Assembly (NCBI GenBank): GCA_965655095.1
Contig: OZ296652.1
Coordinates: 91,946,001-92,010,000 of the forward strand
Reading direction: 5' to 3'
Source of the DNA: Haplodiscus bocki
Taxonomy: Eukaryota
DNA: 64,000 nt
The notes beneath the pieces were generated by a model. The model saw only the letters and a program-made list of their open reading frames with translations. It searched no databases and was not told the origin of the DNA. Below are positions 24,843 through 37,559 of this stretch, piece after piece. Position 1 is the stretch's first letter; every line of letters starts with the position of its first letter. The position numbers were made by a program, and so were the translations under genes.

Positions 24843-25049
24843 TGCTTAGAAAGAAACCAGATGGGACCTTTTTTTAAAAAAAATAGAAAATTTTAAATCT
24901 GTAAATCCAACAGCAGAAGCTATTTTATCTCAAACAAGGTTAGGACATTTTTTTGAGAATTGTTATTTGTTTTTGTAAGTTTTTTCTTTTTGGTGCTATT
25001 GTTGTTGTTGTTAGTATATGTCTCATTTGATGAATTTTCAATTTGATTC

Positions 25050-25420
25050 GGTGAGTTTTGACAATACAAATTCAATACTGCTGTTTTGAAATCAATTGGA
25101 GACAAATGTTATAGAGCGCTAAAAATTATAAAAACAAAAACTACCACAAAGACTATTATCGCATCGGATTTTTGATTCTATATAAAAACAATTTCCATGC
25201 TTAAATTTCCTAAACATAAGAATGTTTTTTAAGGGAGCATATCCATAGGACTCCAAATAATATTTATCAACACAACAAACCCAATGTTTCCTTGAATTGA
25301 ATGGAAATTGACAGTGCCAACTTTTGTCGAAAGTTTGTCAACACTTATTCATTTTCCCGTATCTTTTCCCAGATTGTTTATTACTTGCTGTATTTTTATA
25401 TATTTTCAAGCTTTCTTTTG
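25050..25420 (-). pseudogene. Adenain-like protease relic of element 2
   Basis: KHWVCCVDKYYLESYGYAP... and C-terminal IDFKTAVLNLY, compared with GTHWVCY...YFDSYG...FKSAVLNLY in element 1. Confidence 0.7.
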
Positions 25421-27249
25421 TAAAATGCAAATAACAATTTTTCTAAAAGTTCATATTTTTGTAACGAAATTGTGTCTTTTCGTATATTCTTTATCTTCCC
25501 CTATTGTCGATTCCGTTTTCTTTCAAAAAGTTCACTACATCTCTCTGGTAAAACAACTTATCGTATATCTTGGAGTTGCATCATGAATAAAAACAATGCT
25601 TGAAAATGAATCAGAATTCCAGTCTGTAGTATCATCTTTAGAAGAAAAATGTTTCGTGTCTGCTGTTTTAAGTTTTGGTTATAGTTTTTAATTTGATTAA
25701 TATCTTAAGGTACATGTATTCCTCATTCAATGTATCAAGTGCCTTGTGTAGTGTCTTTCAGATTGTTGAACATTCTGTAATTATATGCTTGTTAAGATTT
25801 GTGTTTTTTTCATTTATCCAATTAGCATTTGTGTTTCCAAAACAAGTTTTTTAATAGGTTGCTAAAAGTGTTTTGAGTTTTTCAGCAAGTACGGCCCCTT
25901 TTGAACTATAGCTTCTACATCTTTATTTCTTGTTGATGTCCAATAGGTTGTAGAAGATGTTGCTTACAAATTCTTTCCCGTCATGTGCACTAATTAACTT
26001 TGGTTCTCTTTTCGAGCACGTTAGTTTTTCTTCCAACAGACTTCCAATTTTCTGTTTTTCTATGAAATTCAATAGAACTGCTCATCCAATTTTTGCTAAA
26101 GTTACCGATTACTACTAAAATACATGTTCAACTTTAAATTTTTGTTTCTATCATAATGTTTCAGGTCTAAGAAATCCATACTCCAAGGCTCATCAAAACT
26201 CCTAAGGATTAGCTTATCAAAAGGAAGAATTCTTGGAAAGCATATCAGATAAACCTCAATTAAAAAAATCAAAAGCCTGGTTAAATGCTTTGGTCAGTAA
26301 CAGTTATCAAGTCCTATTTTCTGCGAGAAACATTTTTTCCTAATGAAAAAAACGCAAAGAGCAAAATTCAGAACGGTTTTCATTTGAGGAAGAGAAAATT
26401 TTCACAGGGAGACCATCCATAAAAAAAACAAAACGCGGGAACAAAAACCCAAACAAAAACAATTTAATTTTGATGAACACCCCAAAATAGTTCAAAAGGA
26501 TGTTGGAAAAGGAAAGATAACAGATAATATGAAATTTAGATTTTTTTTCAAAAACTTGAGTAAAAAAACTCGAAAACCCACCATTTTAGTCTGGGAAATT
26601 GTCGGAAAAGGCTGCAAGAAAATTGTAAATAATTTTGCACCACGAACTAGGCCCTTGACTGTTATCTTTGGAAATAAACAGAACTGAAAAAAAATAGCAT
26701 TTATTTTAATAGTTTATATTGGAGAAGAAGACGAACTTGGGATTTCTTGCGTCAGCACTTCAAAAAAGACGAAGAACATGATTTTATGTTTGGTGAATTT
26801 TTTGATACGGGTGAGAGACCTACTCCGAGAAACACAAAAAGGACTTTAAAAAGATTATGGTTTCAAAATTTGTGAGTTTTTTGATTGGATTAAAAAGCAA
26901 CTGTGAGAGAAACAAAAAAAAACAAAAAAGATTACTTTAATCAAAATGGAAGCTTAATCAAAAGAGCAGATGAAAGAATCCTAGGCAACGGGAAAAGCAA
27001 CAAGGTTGAAGAAGTTGTCAAAAAAAATAAAAGATGTACTATTAATGGCAAGTTAAACAAAAACGCTAACTAAAAAATTACTTCCAAAACTGAAAAGTTC
27101 AAGCAATAACGATCGTGTTTCGAAATTCGGGAAGAAAAATACCATGAATGTGAGGAAATTTTTTTCGAAGGAAAATTCGTCTACGCAGATGAGCTTGTTT
27201 TTGAAAGATAGACTCGAAGTAAACGTGGAAGAGGTTTTTATTTTACAAA

Positions 27250-29599
27250 AATCGTTTCAGAAATTTTTGGTAAATTTTGCTATAATAGGGTGGATCTAGT
27301 GGTTATTGTGTAGATTGTTCGGATTATCTGGCTGTTATGAGAATTAAATGCCCGAGTATTTAGAATTCCTGAACAAAAAACGAAGAAAACAACTTACGGC
27401 GCTATTTAAAGAGCAGCTTTTTCGAAATCTGTAATTCTTGGAGATTGTTAATATAGTGGAAAAAAAATCATACTTAGTAATAAAAGAAAAAGAAAAAACT
27501 TGTTTGTATGTTTCTAATGCTAACTCTTCTGTTTTCTATCAATTTAGAAAGAGCAAGTCTAAAACAAGCAGCTGAGGAAGTGAAAGAAACTTTCAAATAT
27601 GAGTAAAAAAATGGTGAAAAAAAAACAAACAATCTCTTTGCACATAAAGAAATTAAGATTCAACCTAATAACCTGTTGCTTTTGATTTAGACGCTTTTAT
27701 TATAAAGCATGCAGTTCCCTACACAGCTGCTGGTTATCTTGTTTTCAAAACGAATATGAAACCGAATCGTGACGAAACTCAACAACATAAAAAAGTTTAG
27801 CTGTTGTACAAAATTTCGACTGGACAGAAACTTGTTAGGTTAATGTTTTGATTAAATGCTTTCTCCTTTCAAAGGACAATTAAGATAAATGTTATCAGGA
27901 AAATGTTTGATTTTTTTTCAGCATATCAAAACAATATGTTCTCATATTACTTCAGGATTTTGAAGATAGAGAATTTTACATTATTCTCTCTCGAAATTTT
28001 GAATGGAAGAATGGGTGTTAAAAGAGATGCAGAAAAATTTACCATAAAATAGGAATTCCCCAGTATTTATCATTCAGATGTGGCGCTAATGAGTTGAAGG
28101 CTACACTTTTAAACTTAGCAAAGACTTTTGGCTTATAAAAAGAAAACTTTCAAGAAAAATGAATCATGAAGAAATTTTCGAAGATGTTTGGGAAGTAAGC
28201 AACATTTATGGGAAACCTCGTTTAAGAATGGGTGATTTAAGTTCAGCTTTCTTGTATGCATGATATACCCAATGTACGCAAAAACAGACTCTTTTTGAAA
28301 TTGAAGTTGGTTTGTCACTCTTTTCTTAAGAATGATTCCGTTTTTAAGGATGGAGGAGATATTAGTGAGGGAGAAGAGAAAAAATATAGTCATACTGAGA
28401 AAGATTTAGAATATTTTATCCTTCGGTGTCTTAAACGTGTAAAAAGCGGAGCTTTCAACCAAGTTTACGAATCGCCTCTAAATGATAATTGCCTCAAAAT
28501 TTTGCGAAGATTCCAAAAAAGTAACATGAGAAAAATACCAAGTTATAGTATTTTGTATAGATTTTTTGACTACATTTAAGGGACGATTTGAGGAAAGATA
28601 TATTGATTTGTCTAATGAATATAGGTATTAATACCAATTATAAAGGAGAAAATATTAATGGAAAGTTAGGTGAGTTCTCAAAATCAACAGAAGATAAAAA
28701 AGTAGAAAGCGATTCATATAAAATAAATTCGAAGGTATGATTTTGTAACTACCTTCAAAGGCTGTTTCTGACACAATTTGTGTGAAAATTTAAAACCGTT
28801 ATGCGCTTACAAAGATATGAATGATGATTTAGTTACTGCATTTAACTTTCGAAGTTTTACAGAAGGTTGCGCTGCTCTCAATACAAAAATTTTAAAATCC
28901 AAAAGACAAAACAAATCATTTTCTCCAAGTTAAAGAACAAGTAAACAACACAAAAAATAATGGGACAAGATATAAGTACCAAATCGACATGTTAACAAGT
29001 GTTTGCAGTCAACTGATCGACTAAACTGGAGGAGAAGTTACTCATATACATGAAGATCTGGAAAATAAAGAAAACTTCTGTAACTCCTTCTTAAGGCTTG
29101 TTTGAAACATTGATCAAATTGAAATTAACACAGAGAAAATTATTTGTTGTGAAGGAGAGACTGATAGAAGGTACTAGTATTAGTATAGATGGCCAGAGTA
29201 AAAGAAAAGAAATTGAAGTTGAACATGGTTGCAGTTATAAAAAAAGGATAGATAAAAAAAATGTTGATAGAGTGAATGAACATGGGCCAATTTCGGTTAG
29301 AAGCTTTAGGTAACACTGAAAGCTGGCGATAGAATTGATAGTGAAAAAATTTTTAAAAAAACACACAATGCCTTTAAGTTTAAGTACTTTCATTTCAAGT
29401 GATACTATGAGATTTTTGACCAATTTTGCATTGGTGATTGTTGGTTTTGAAGTTGAAAAAAAATATTACAGAGACGCTGAATCATTTCAAATCGAAAAAG
29501 ATTTTTTCAAATCCAGAGGAAGAAATTTGGGTAACTGGAGGAACAGGTCATTGAAAATTTTTGATGGTGGTGGTACATTCCAGGCTTTGCTTAAAGCTC
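27250..29599 (+). pseudogene. Protein-primed family B DNA polymerase (pPolB) relic, truncated by gap
   Basis: Decayed motifs in order: VAFDLDAF..AVPY (ExoI-like), SHITSGF (ExoII HNxxGFD-like), FRCG...LAKTFGL, FILRCLKRVKSGAFNQVY (GGR region), TMPLSLSTFISS, YYRDAESFQI (YxDTDS), GRNLGNWRN...GGTF. Confidence 0.75.
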
Positions 29600-29799
29600 N
29601 NNNNNNNNNNNNNNNNNNNNNNNNNNNNNNNNNNNNNNNNNNNNNNNNNNNNNNNNNNNNNNNNNNNNNNNNNNNNNNNNNNNNNNNNNNNNNNNNNNNN
29701 NNNNNNNNNNNNNNNNNNNNNNNNNNNNNNNNNNNNNNNNNNNNNNNNNNNNNNNNNNNNNNNNNNNNNNNNNNNNNNNNNNNNNNNNNNNNNNNNNNN
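29600..29799. other. Assembly gap (200 N, probably an unsized scaffold join)
   Basis: Run of exactly 200 N. Confidence 0.99.
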
Positions 29800-30209
29800 C
29801 TTTCTGAGGCAATCAATTTGTTATCATCGTCCTGTTTTGTCTGCTTACTGGTCTCCTTCAACCGTGTCAAAACGGAGCAGCGCCAGTCTTGCTTCCAAAG
29901 CGCCACAAACGTTCCCGTTTGGTCCTCGGAACGCCAACCAACAGCAACAAAACTGCCCTAACTCCCATTGCAGGGCCGCGCGCCCAATGCTCGCAGAGCG
30001 TGGGCCATGGAGCGGCCCACGCTCTCGGCCCTGCAATGGGAGTTAGGGCAGTTTTGTGGCTGTTGGTTGGCGTTCCAAGGACCAAACGGGAACGTTAGTG
30101 GCGCTTTGGAAGCAAGACTGGCGCTGCTCCGTTTTGATACAGTTGAAGGAGACCAGTAAGCAGACAAAACAGGACGATGATAACAAATTCATTTCATTGC
30201 CTCGGAAAG
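29800..30209. repeat. Long GC-rich foldback palindrome with branched (Y-shaped) centre
   Basis: Arms 29800-29978 and 30026-30209 are reverse complements with a few substitutions and one small indel. The centre holds a perfect 12-bp hairpin AGAGCGTGGGCC-atggagc-GGCCCACGCTCT and a smaller imperfect one. Confidence 0.95.
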
Positions 30210-30599
30210 GAACGCAAGCGTTTTAGGAATTGAAAACAACGAAGTGTAAAACAAATGAAGATATGCATTGTCTCGACGGTTTTGCCAGCTGACATATCAG
30301 ATCATCGAAAAGTTACGAAGCTCTTAATTTCCAATCGAAAACTGTTTGATACTGTTCTCTAATGTAGTTCCACCGGTGAAAATATTATGAAGTGGGTTTA
30401 GATTCATTATCAAATGCCTCACAACTCCTGTGGCAGAATCGAAACTGAACGCAAAGTTCTGGCGTATATAAACGTGTCTTTTGGTGAAACTGAACTGTTC
30501 GCAAGACTCATTTTCTGTTGGAAGACAAAAAACTAATTCCTATCGTAGAAAAACTTGAGACGGTTGCGGGTTCCGTCTCTCCTCAACAAACACTCCACG

Positions 30600-32450
30600 G
30601 ACACAGAGCTAGTGCCGTGAAAAGGCACGATGGTGAGCAAATACCGGCTACCAAAAATGAAGAACTTGCAGGATCTCGACAATGAAATTCGCTATGCCAA
30701 CAAGATCGACTCTTCGTAGTTTTGGCGCAGTATTAGATTCAAAAGTTGTAGTGTAATACATCGGCCCACCAAAAGATTGAACTTTCGCGTGATTTGCCGA
30801 TGATCACTTTTTTTTCTTATCGCATAAGCTTGTCAGAAATCGACCGATCACGTCAAAAATTTTTGGTTGCTGCACTTTCGGATGACCACAACTTGAATGT
30901 TTTCAAAAAACTTTTGAGCCTTCCGCCAATGTGGAGGAAATTGGGATACTTTTTGCCATTTGTGATTCTTGTCTGGCCAACAAGCCCGCCTTCAGCTTAC
31001 TCAGGAACCATGATGATCGGCAAAAAAACTAGACAACGGTGAGAAAGAATCATTTCATTCTCTACGCACAGGTTGCTTTTCCTGTTGTGAAAAAGGAAAA
31101 GAAGTAATGTTGAAGATCATTACTTGGACAACCAAATTCTCCTGCAAGGCTTTTCATCAATCCGAACGATGACGCAGAAAAGTTTCCTGCTGAAATACAA
31201 AATTTCCTTGCTTAATATTCTTCAATGAGCTACGTGCTTCGTCCTTGCAATTCAAACGCTTCATACAGACGAGCTTGAGATGTAGCTTCCTTGGGATGAG
31301 AATGGCAAAGGTGTTTTTCTTTCACACTATGCATCGCCTTAGAATACAAATTAAAACTGAGCAACTTTGGTCGAAAGTTGCTGCTTGAGTTTGTTTATAC
31401 ATTTTACTCTGATTGCTTTCGGCCAAAAGCGGCGACAACTGAGACAATTGATATCATTTCTGACATTTGTTGTTGATTAAATTATAAACTTTTCAAGTTG
31501 AATCTAACATATCGGAACCCTCTCCACTGGATTGGTGCAATCAAGAGAGAAGACAATAATACGGTCGAGAAATTCCGTTTAGACGTTTTTAAACAATCGA
31601 TCGTGGTACTATATGCTTTCCTTACATTCCATACTTCCGCTCCCAACTGAATGAGACTTTCTGGATCAATATCCGGTGGTTTGGTTCATTAGAAAAACGA
31701 GCCAATTAGGCAATTCAAAAATTCCGTTGAAACACTTACTATCTATTTCGACTGCGCTACTGCGATCTGTCGTGAAATTCCACACATTCCTGTTGGACTC
31801 ATTGAGTCGTCCTTTTGACGATTTGCTGTTGACCGAGCGATGATCAAAAGCAAACATGGAAACATAGCGCAATCCCGTTCTTGTTTCTCGATACCCTTGT
31901 GACAGTTATTTACCGGAGTTTGCCAAGTGTGCTTGATTACAAAGCTTGTCAAGAACCGTTGTTTCCAGTTTAGGACTTTTGATTCTTGGATTACTGAACT
32001 TAAAATTGACTCTCTTGATGTAAATCCAAAGGATGACCTCTGAATTTGCTTGTTCATGATGGTAATTCAGTCCCATTTTATTGAACTTAGAGTAGGAAAT
32101 AGCTAAAATTCTCAAAGTCCTTGGAAATCCAAATGGTACTGGACCCTAAATGGTTACAGTGAGCTTCGATCATAAGGACTACGGAGCAGTTGTTGGAGGC
32201 CCAAGCGTTTGTGCCACACTGTCTATTTTGTTTCAAGACACTTATTCAATAATCCACTCACAAACAAGCAGGCAAAATTACTTGCAGGTTATGTAGCCAC
32301 CGATACAACACATCTAGGGAAAATACTTCAAATCAACGAACCTTGGTTTCCTGTAGTTTCAGTGTCACCACATAAAAAGAATTTGTGTAAAATCGCAGAA
32401 ACGCTGTAACGTTATTAAATTGACAAGAGTCAGAGACGAAGTTATAACGC
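30600..32450 (-). pseudogene. Possible tandem, highly decayed trypsin-like (S1) serine protease pseudogenes
   Basis: Weak motifs in the right order. Unit 1: CIGGYI..., NSEVILWIYIKRVNFKFSNPRI, SQGYRET, LFKNV*TEFLDRI. Unit 2: AILIPRK...VC, LCD...SFGGPMYY...LVGIANF. Catalytic residues are not intact. Confidence 0.3.
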
Positions 32451-32499
32451 TGCTTCCAAACGAACTACATCCCTTCTGGTTGCCAACTGGCTCATATGA

Positions 32500-33430
32500 C
32501 GGTGATTCTGTAGCTCCAAGTGTGGTTTTTTATTCATTCGCTCAATTTGTTTAGCGTGCGCGTAAAGTAAAGACATTGGGATGCTTACTTTTACTGAGAG
32601 TACTAAAACAAAATTTCACGATGAACTCAGCAAAAGTATGGGTTTTTAAAGCCCAATGTTACCCAGGAAAATCGATTTTTCTTCAAATCAAGGCACTGTA
32701 GTTCAGAGGATGGCAAAGGGCGTCGCAAACTAATCGTCATTGGATCCATTCGCTGCTCTGCCTAAAAGTTTGCATCGACCTTTGTTACCCACCGAAGTAC
32801 AGTGCCTTTTGAAAGTTTCTCAGGCTTTTTTTCAGTTTATAGAACATTTTGTTACCCTCTAAGCCTGCAATTGGCACCACATCCGTCGAATCAAAAATAA
32901 GGCCGGCTTTTTTTTACAAAAAATACTAGTGTAATATTTAAAAATAAAGTTCAAAAACACAACCGCATGAAACCCTATGCTGCCTAAGGATTATGCGATT
33001 GCTGAGTTTGATGTGCTGTAGCTCAGAGGTTGGCAGAAGATGTCCCATACTAACTGTTATATCATCCACTTGAGGCACCTGCTGAAACTTCCATCGCTCT
33101 CTGATAGCTCTAGAGTACTGCACGTTTTTGAAAGTTTCAGAGGTTTTCAATTTAGAAGCTGGTCTCTTACCCCTCCAAACTACAGTATATCCTGAAAGTT
33201 TGAGGTTTCCTTATTTAATATAACAAAGAGTGCAGCATATTGTCAATGTAAGTGGAATGAACCAACGTACCCTAGTAATCCGTGTCTGTAGGGTTTGATG
33301 TTCAACGACTCGCAAGGAATTCTACCAACTCAAGTTACAAGGTCTGTTTTCTGCAATAGCAAACTAACGTCTACTTTTTTTAAAGGCTTTTAGGCTCACC
33401 AAGCCCTGCAAATCGAATGTTTTCCATGGC
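32500..33430. repeat. Decayed ~320-bp tandem repeat
   Basis: CTGTAGTTCAGAGGATGGCAAAGGGCGTCGCAAACTAA (~32697) matches CTGTAGCTCAGAGGTTGGCAGAAGATGTCCCATACTAA (~33016). Both are followed by AGTAC...TTTTGAAAGTTTC. Confidence 0.5.
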
Positions 33431-33479
33431 TCGGGTGTTTTATTCATCTACTGTTGATGAGAATTCGCTAATAAAAACA

Positions 33480-36050
33480 ATTTTTTGAATTTTCTGTCGC
33501 CGGGCATTATAAACCACATTTTCTGTAGTGAACTTTTGAAAGCACCGCTTCTCAGACAACGATCTTTTCAGGAGGCAAATGAAAAAAAAAACGAAATTTT
33601 CAGAAAACTGTCTTTTTAGCTTGATGCGACGAAGAAATATTACATCTGAAATGGGGTTTTTACGCTCGCCCAAACAATTGCATCAACTGTTGAGTTGAGT
33701 TCTGATGTGCCAACTATCTTTCTCGATTGGGATTCTTGGGAAAACGTCGTTTTCGGAAAACTTTAAGCTTTTGAGCAGTGTGATTCCAACGTTAAACTCT
33801 TTTCGAAAATGGTTTTTGGGCTTCTCCACCAAAGGTTGAGTTGGAAGATGCAAAACCATCTTCTTTGCGGACGCACAACCTGTTCAGGAAATATCTTTTT
33901 GTGTCGTGCAATAAAAGCTTACTTGTTTTTGAATGCGGTTTCATTTTTGGACATCACATGTTCAGTCGAGCCCAAAAAAGTAAAACCATCTTTTTCGAAC
34001 TGAATTTCGAAAGGAACGACCTTTTTAGAAAGTAATTCTATGTTTGGCATTGCTGGATGAAAGTTTGTTTGTTTTCGTGCGTAGTATTCGGGCTCAACTA
34101 GACCTTTTCTCGAAACTTTAGTTGATTAGAAGTGAAAACATCCTTTTCCATGTGTTTTTGTGAAGCAACATCATTTGCAGAAGCTAATTTTTTCAGCATT
34201 GCTTGACGAACGTTTTATTTTTCTTGAAAAGTCACTATTGCGAATGCCTAAAGTTTGACATCACATGTTTGATTAAGTTCGCAGGAGTGAAAATTTCTTT
34301 CGATGCTAATTTGCGAAAAAAAATGTCTCAAACACTGTACTTTTGTTCTCGGCATTGCCATACGTACTTTAAACTGTTTTCAAATAAAATTTCTAGGACG
34401 CCCTTAATTTGTTTAATTTTTGTTATTTGAGTTCGGGATGCAAGACCAACTTTCGCTGTGAATTTGCGAACGAATTACATTTTTGGCAAGTTTTTTTCGT
34501 TCAAAACAGAACATGGTTTTGAGCTCATCCCGAGTTATAAATCAAACGTTTGATTCTCTTTAAACTACGTTTTTGATGTGAGTTTGCAATAATGCGAAAT
34601 TTTCAGGACTTTGATTTTCCGAGGTCTTGGACTTGTGTTCAATTAATTTCCAGTATGGTTTGTGGGGTCATTCACATTTGTGGGTAAATTGTTTACGTTA
34701 TGTCAGAGCTCTAGAACAATTTTTGTGGTAAATTTGAAAAACGAAAGCGTTCTCGGACAGCCTTGTGTTTTCCGTAACTCAAGAGTAACCTTTCTTTACT
34801 TTCAATATACTTTTTGGCCTTTACAAGGCTGTACATCGAAAGTTTAGTTTAGTTCAGACAACTAGAAACACTTTCTCGATTGGGATTTTGTCAAAGCATA
34901 GAGTTTTCTGTAGTGAGTTTGGTTTTATATAATATGAGGTTAACGGTCGATTGTTTTCCAATATGGCTTTGGCGGTGCCGGTACTTGTACATCTTGCACG
35001 TCCTTGTTTAGTTGAAGCCGAATGTGTAGAATAAACTTTTCGAGATGAATCATCAAAGCACGGCTTTTTCAGACAGACTTTGCGTTTTCCGTAATAAAGT
35101 AATAATGTTTAATTGCTTCCATATTGCCTTTGAGCTTGCACAAGGCTATCCGATAGTTTAGTATAATTCGGAGAACTGAAGTCACAATATGTCAGCGAGT
35201 TTGCAAAGGCACGGCATTTTCGGAAATTTTCTTTGGTTTCATGTATTGTGATACGAACGCTCTGTTGTTTTCAATATAGTTTTTGGCTCGTTAGGGCTAG
35301 TGAATGAGTTATTTTGTTGAATATTTTTAACTTCAAAAATCGCATTTTCTGATATGAAATGGAAAAACATTTCACTTTTCAACAACCATTTTGTTCATCG
35401 GCATTGAGAATTGCCTTCAATTCTTTCAGAAGATGACTTCTTTGCTCCCCAGGACTCGTATATCAAATGTTTCTTCGCAGGTCTAGCACAACCCTTTCGG
35501 CATGATTTTGCAAAGCAGGGAATTTTCGGAGAGAATTTTCCCGTTTGATAATAGAAACTTCTCTCGATTGGCATTTGGGATTTTCAGAGCCGTAACAATA
35601 AAACTCTAATTCAGTCCGGATTTTAATCGTTTCGAAGTTTTTGGACGCACTCACAAACATTTAGGTAAGTTCGGAGTTGTAAAAGCAACTTTTTGATGTG
35701 AATTGGTGAAAAAACGGGATTTTCAGATAGTCTTTTGGTTTGAGGCGTTGTGACATTAACGTTTATATGTTTTCCAATATGCTTTTCGACTTACCCACAC
35801 TTAATCATGAAAGGGTTAGTTTGGTTGGGCCATTTTAATCTCACTCCGAAAAAGTCATAGTTTTGTTTCGGAACATTGCCAGACTGCCCTTTAATTGTTC
35901 TGCAGTATGGTTTTGGAGTGGCCCAAAGTTATGCTTCAAATGTTTAACTGAGGTCGGAGTTCTAGATAATCCTCTTCCATTGTGAGTTTGCTAAACCACA
36001 GCTCTTCAGAATTTCTTTGGTTTTAGGCATTGTAATACTAACGTTCAAGT
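33480..36050. repeat. Old degenerate satellite/minisatellite, period ~160 bp
   Basis: Recurring blocks GAGTTCGGAG...CTTT(C)TCGA(T)...GTGA(A/G)TTTG...TTTTCCAATATGG(C)TTT across the interval. Confidence 0.55.
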
Positions 36051-36084
36051 GATGTCTATCGCTGTTTTTGGACTCAGACTTTTT

Positions 36085-36320
36085 AACTTTCCGCCCATAT
36101 TTCAGTATGGAGGAAAACTCACCGCCCATATTTCAGTATGGAGGAAAACTCATCGAACGTTTTATTTACGTTTTCGCCATTTGGCAATGTCCGACTTGAA
36201 CGCTCAATGTCCGGTTCTGAGTTCGAATTTTTCTAATACGTAGAATGCGACAGAAACAGCAATATTTCTCAAAACGTACAAAATTTGGAGTTTTTGAAGA
36301 AAAGGTGGATTTTACCGCCA
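36085..36320 (+). mobile_element. Partial HINE family A copy, opposite orientation, with 31-bp internal tandem duplication
   Basis: Reverse complement of the family A end (TTTCCGCCCATATTTCAGTATGGAGGAAAA...TAGAATGCGAC). CCGCCCATATTTCAGTATGGAGGAAAACTCA is duplicated at 36091 and 36122. Confidence 0.6.
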
Positions 36321-37559
36321 ACCTATAGCTGTTCATATTACTGTTAGTTGAGGCAAGGTCGAATCAATAACAAACTGGTTCTTTGGTCTCAGAAGCTAAC
36401 GTGGTCACAACGGACTTCGAATTCAGTTCTGCGCTTTTCCCAAGTGCTGCCTCAAGTTTCATGCCTCTGTACGCTTTCTATCGAATTGAAAACCCCAAAA
36501 CAAGCTGAGATCACCTTGAAGTCGGTACTGTGTGTCAGCCTGGTCCAAAACTTTAGGTTGACCAAAGAGGTGGTTCTGATTAATTGTCGATTTTTTGTCT
36601 CACGGTACCGAAACAGGATAACTTCGTACTTCGTCTGAGAAACCCCTCGTTTGTAAAACGTTGAAAATGTTCAGTTTTCTGTACTGTACTATTGTAAATT
36701 TAAGGTACAAATTAAAACTTTACCAATCATAAAAATGGGTGAAGAAGAGTGAACACTCCGTCATGAACTTAAAAAGGCAAATTTCATGACTTTTTGCCTC
36801 AGTATATAGTTCGCTAACTGTTAGAATAGAAGTTTGCTCATACGAACGTCATATTTGTTCAGTCAACAAAGAAACTTAGAGTGCGATACTGAACTTTGAC
36901 CGTGAAATTGTTCCACAGATATCGAATAGAAACATCGAATTGCTATATTACTGTTGGGAGCACGAAAGTGTTCGGTAACCCCCCCCCCCAACCTATACTA
37001 CTGTTATAAATACGTGATCACTTTAGAAATTTGAACTGTTTTCACCGAAGAGCTCCTTTGAATACCGGTATATATATATATTTTTTTCTGTTCCGGGCCT
37101 CAAACATCAAGAGACAATTCATTGAATTTTTGCCTTGAAAATGTTGTGCAGTCCTTAGAGCCAGACCAGGCTTAGAAAACATACGGTATCGTCTCGGCAT
37201 TCAAAGTCACTTTTCTCCAAAACTTCAATCTGTACATCCCTGAATGTCCGAATGGAAAATTTTTCTTTGTAGATCACTCGCTATGAAACTACTTTGGTTT
37301 ACTTAGCTTGCCTCTGAAACTTGAAAGATAGAGTCTATTTTAAAATGCAGCAGCATTTATTTTTCTCAAGATTCAAAACTACTTTCTTATTTTCATCCTT
37401 AAGCGTCTCAATCGACTCTTGTCCCGATTTGATGGGCTGTTCACTGAGTTATCTCTATCATTTCTTTTTTCAAAAAAATCCTTTGTATCTTTTCGTAAGC
37501 TTTTTCTAACCAAAATTTGCAGAAACTCCATTTACATATGATTTTTCTTAATTTTCAAA

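Larger units (their letters stand above)
18300..29599. mobile_element. Decayed Polinton/adintovirus-like endogenous viral element 2 (cut by assembly gap)
   Basis: Relics of pPolB, A32 ATPase, major and minor capsid and adenain within ~11 kb. This is the canonical Polinton module set minus a recognisable integrase. Confidence 0.8.

Noticed and set aside
18000-29599. Retroviral-type integrase and terminal inverted repeats of element 2
   Set aside because: No DDE/rve motifs or AGT-repeat termini were recognisable. They could lie in the gap or be too decayed, so absence is not proven.
29335-30167. Long ORFs spanning the N-gap and mirrored ORFs in the palindrome
   Set aside because: Artefacts of translating Ns and of GC-rich inverted repeats.
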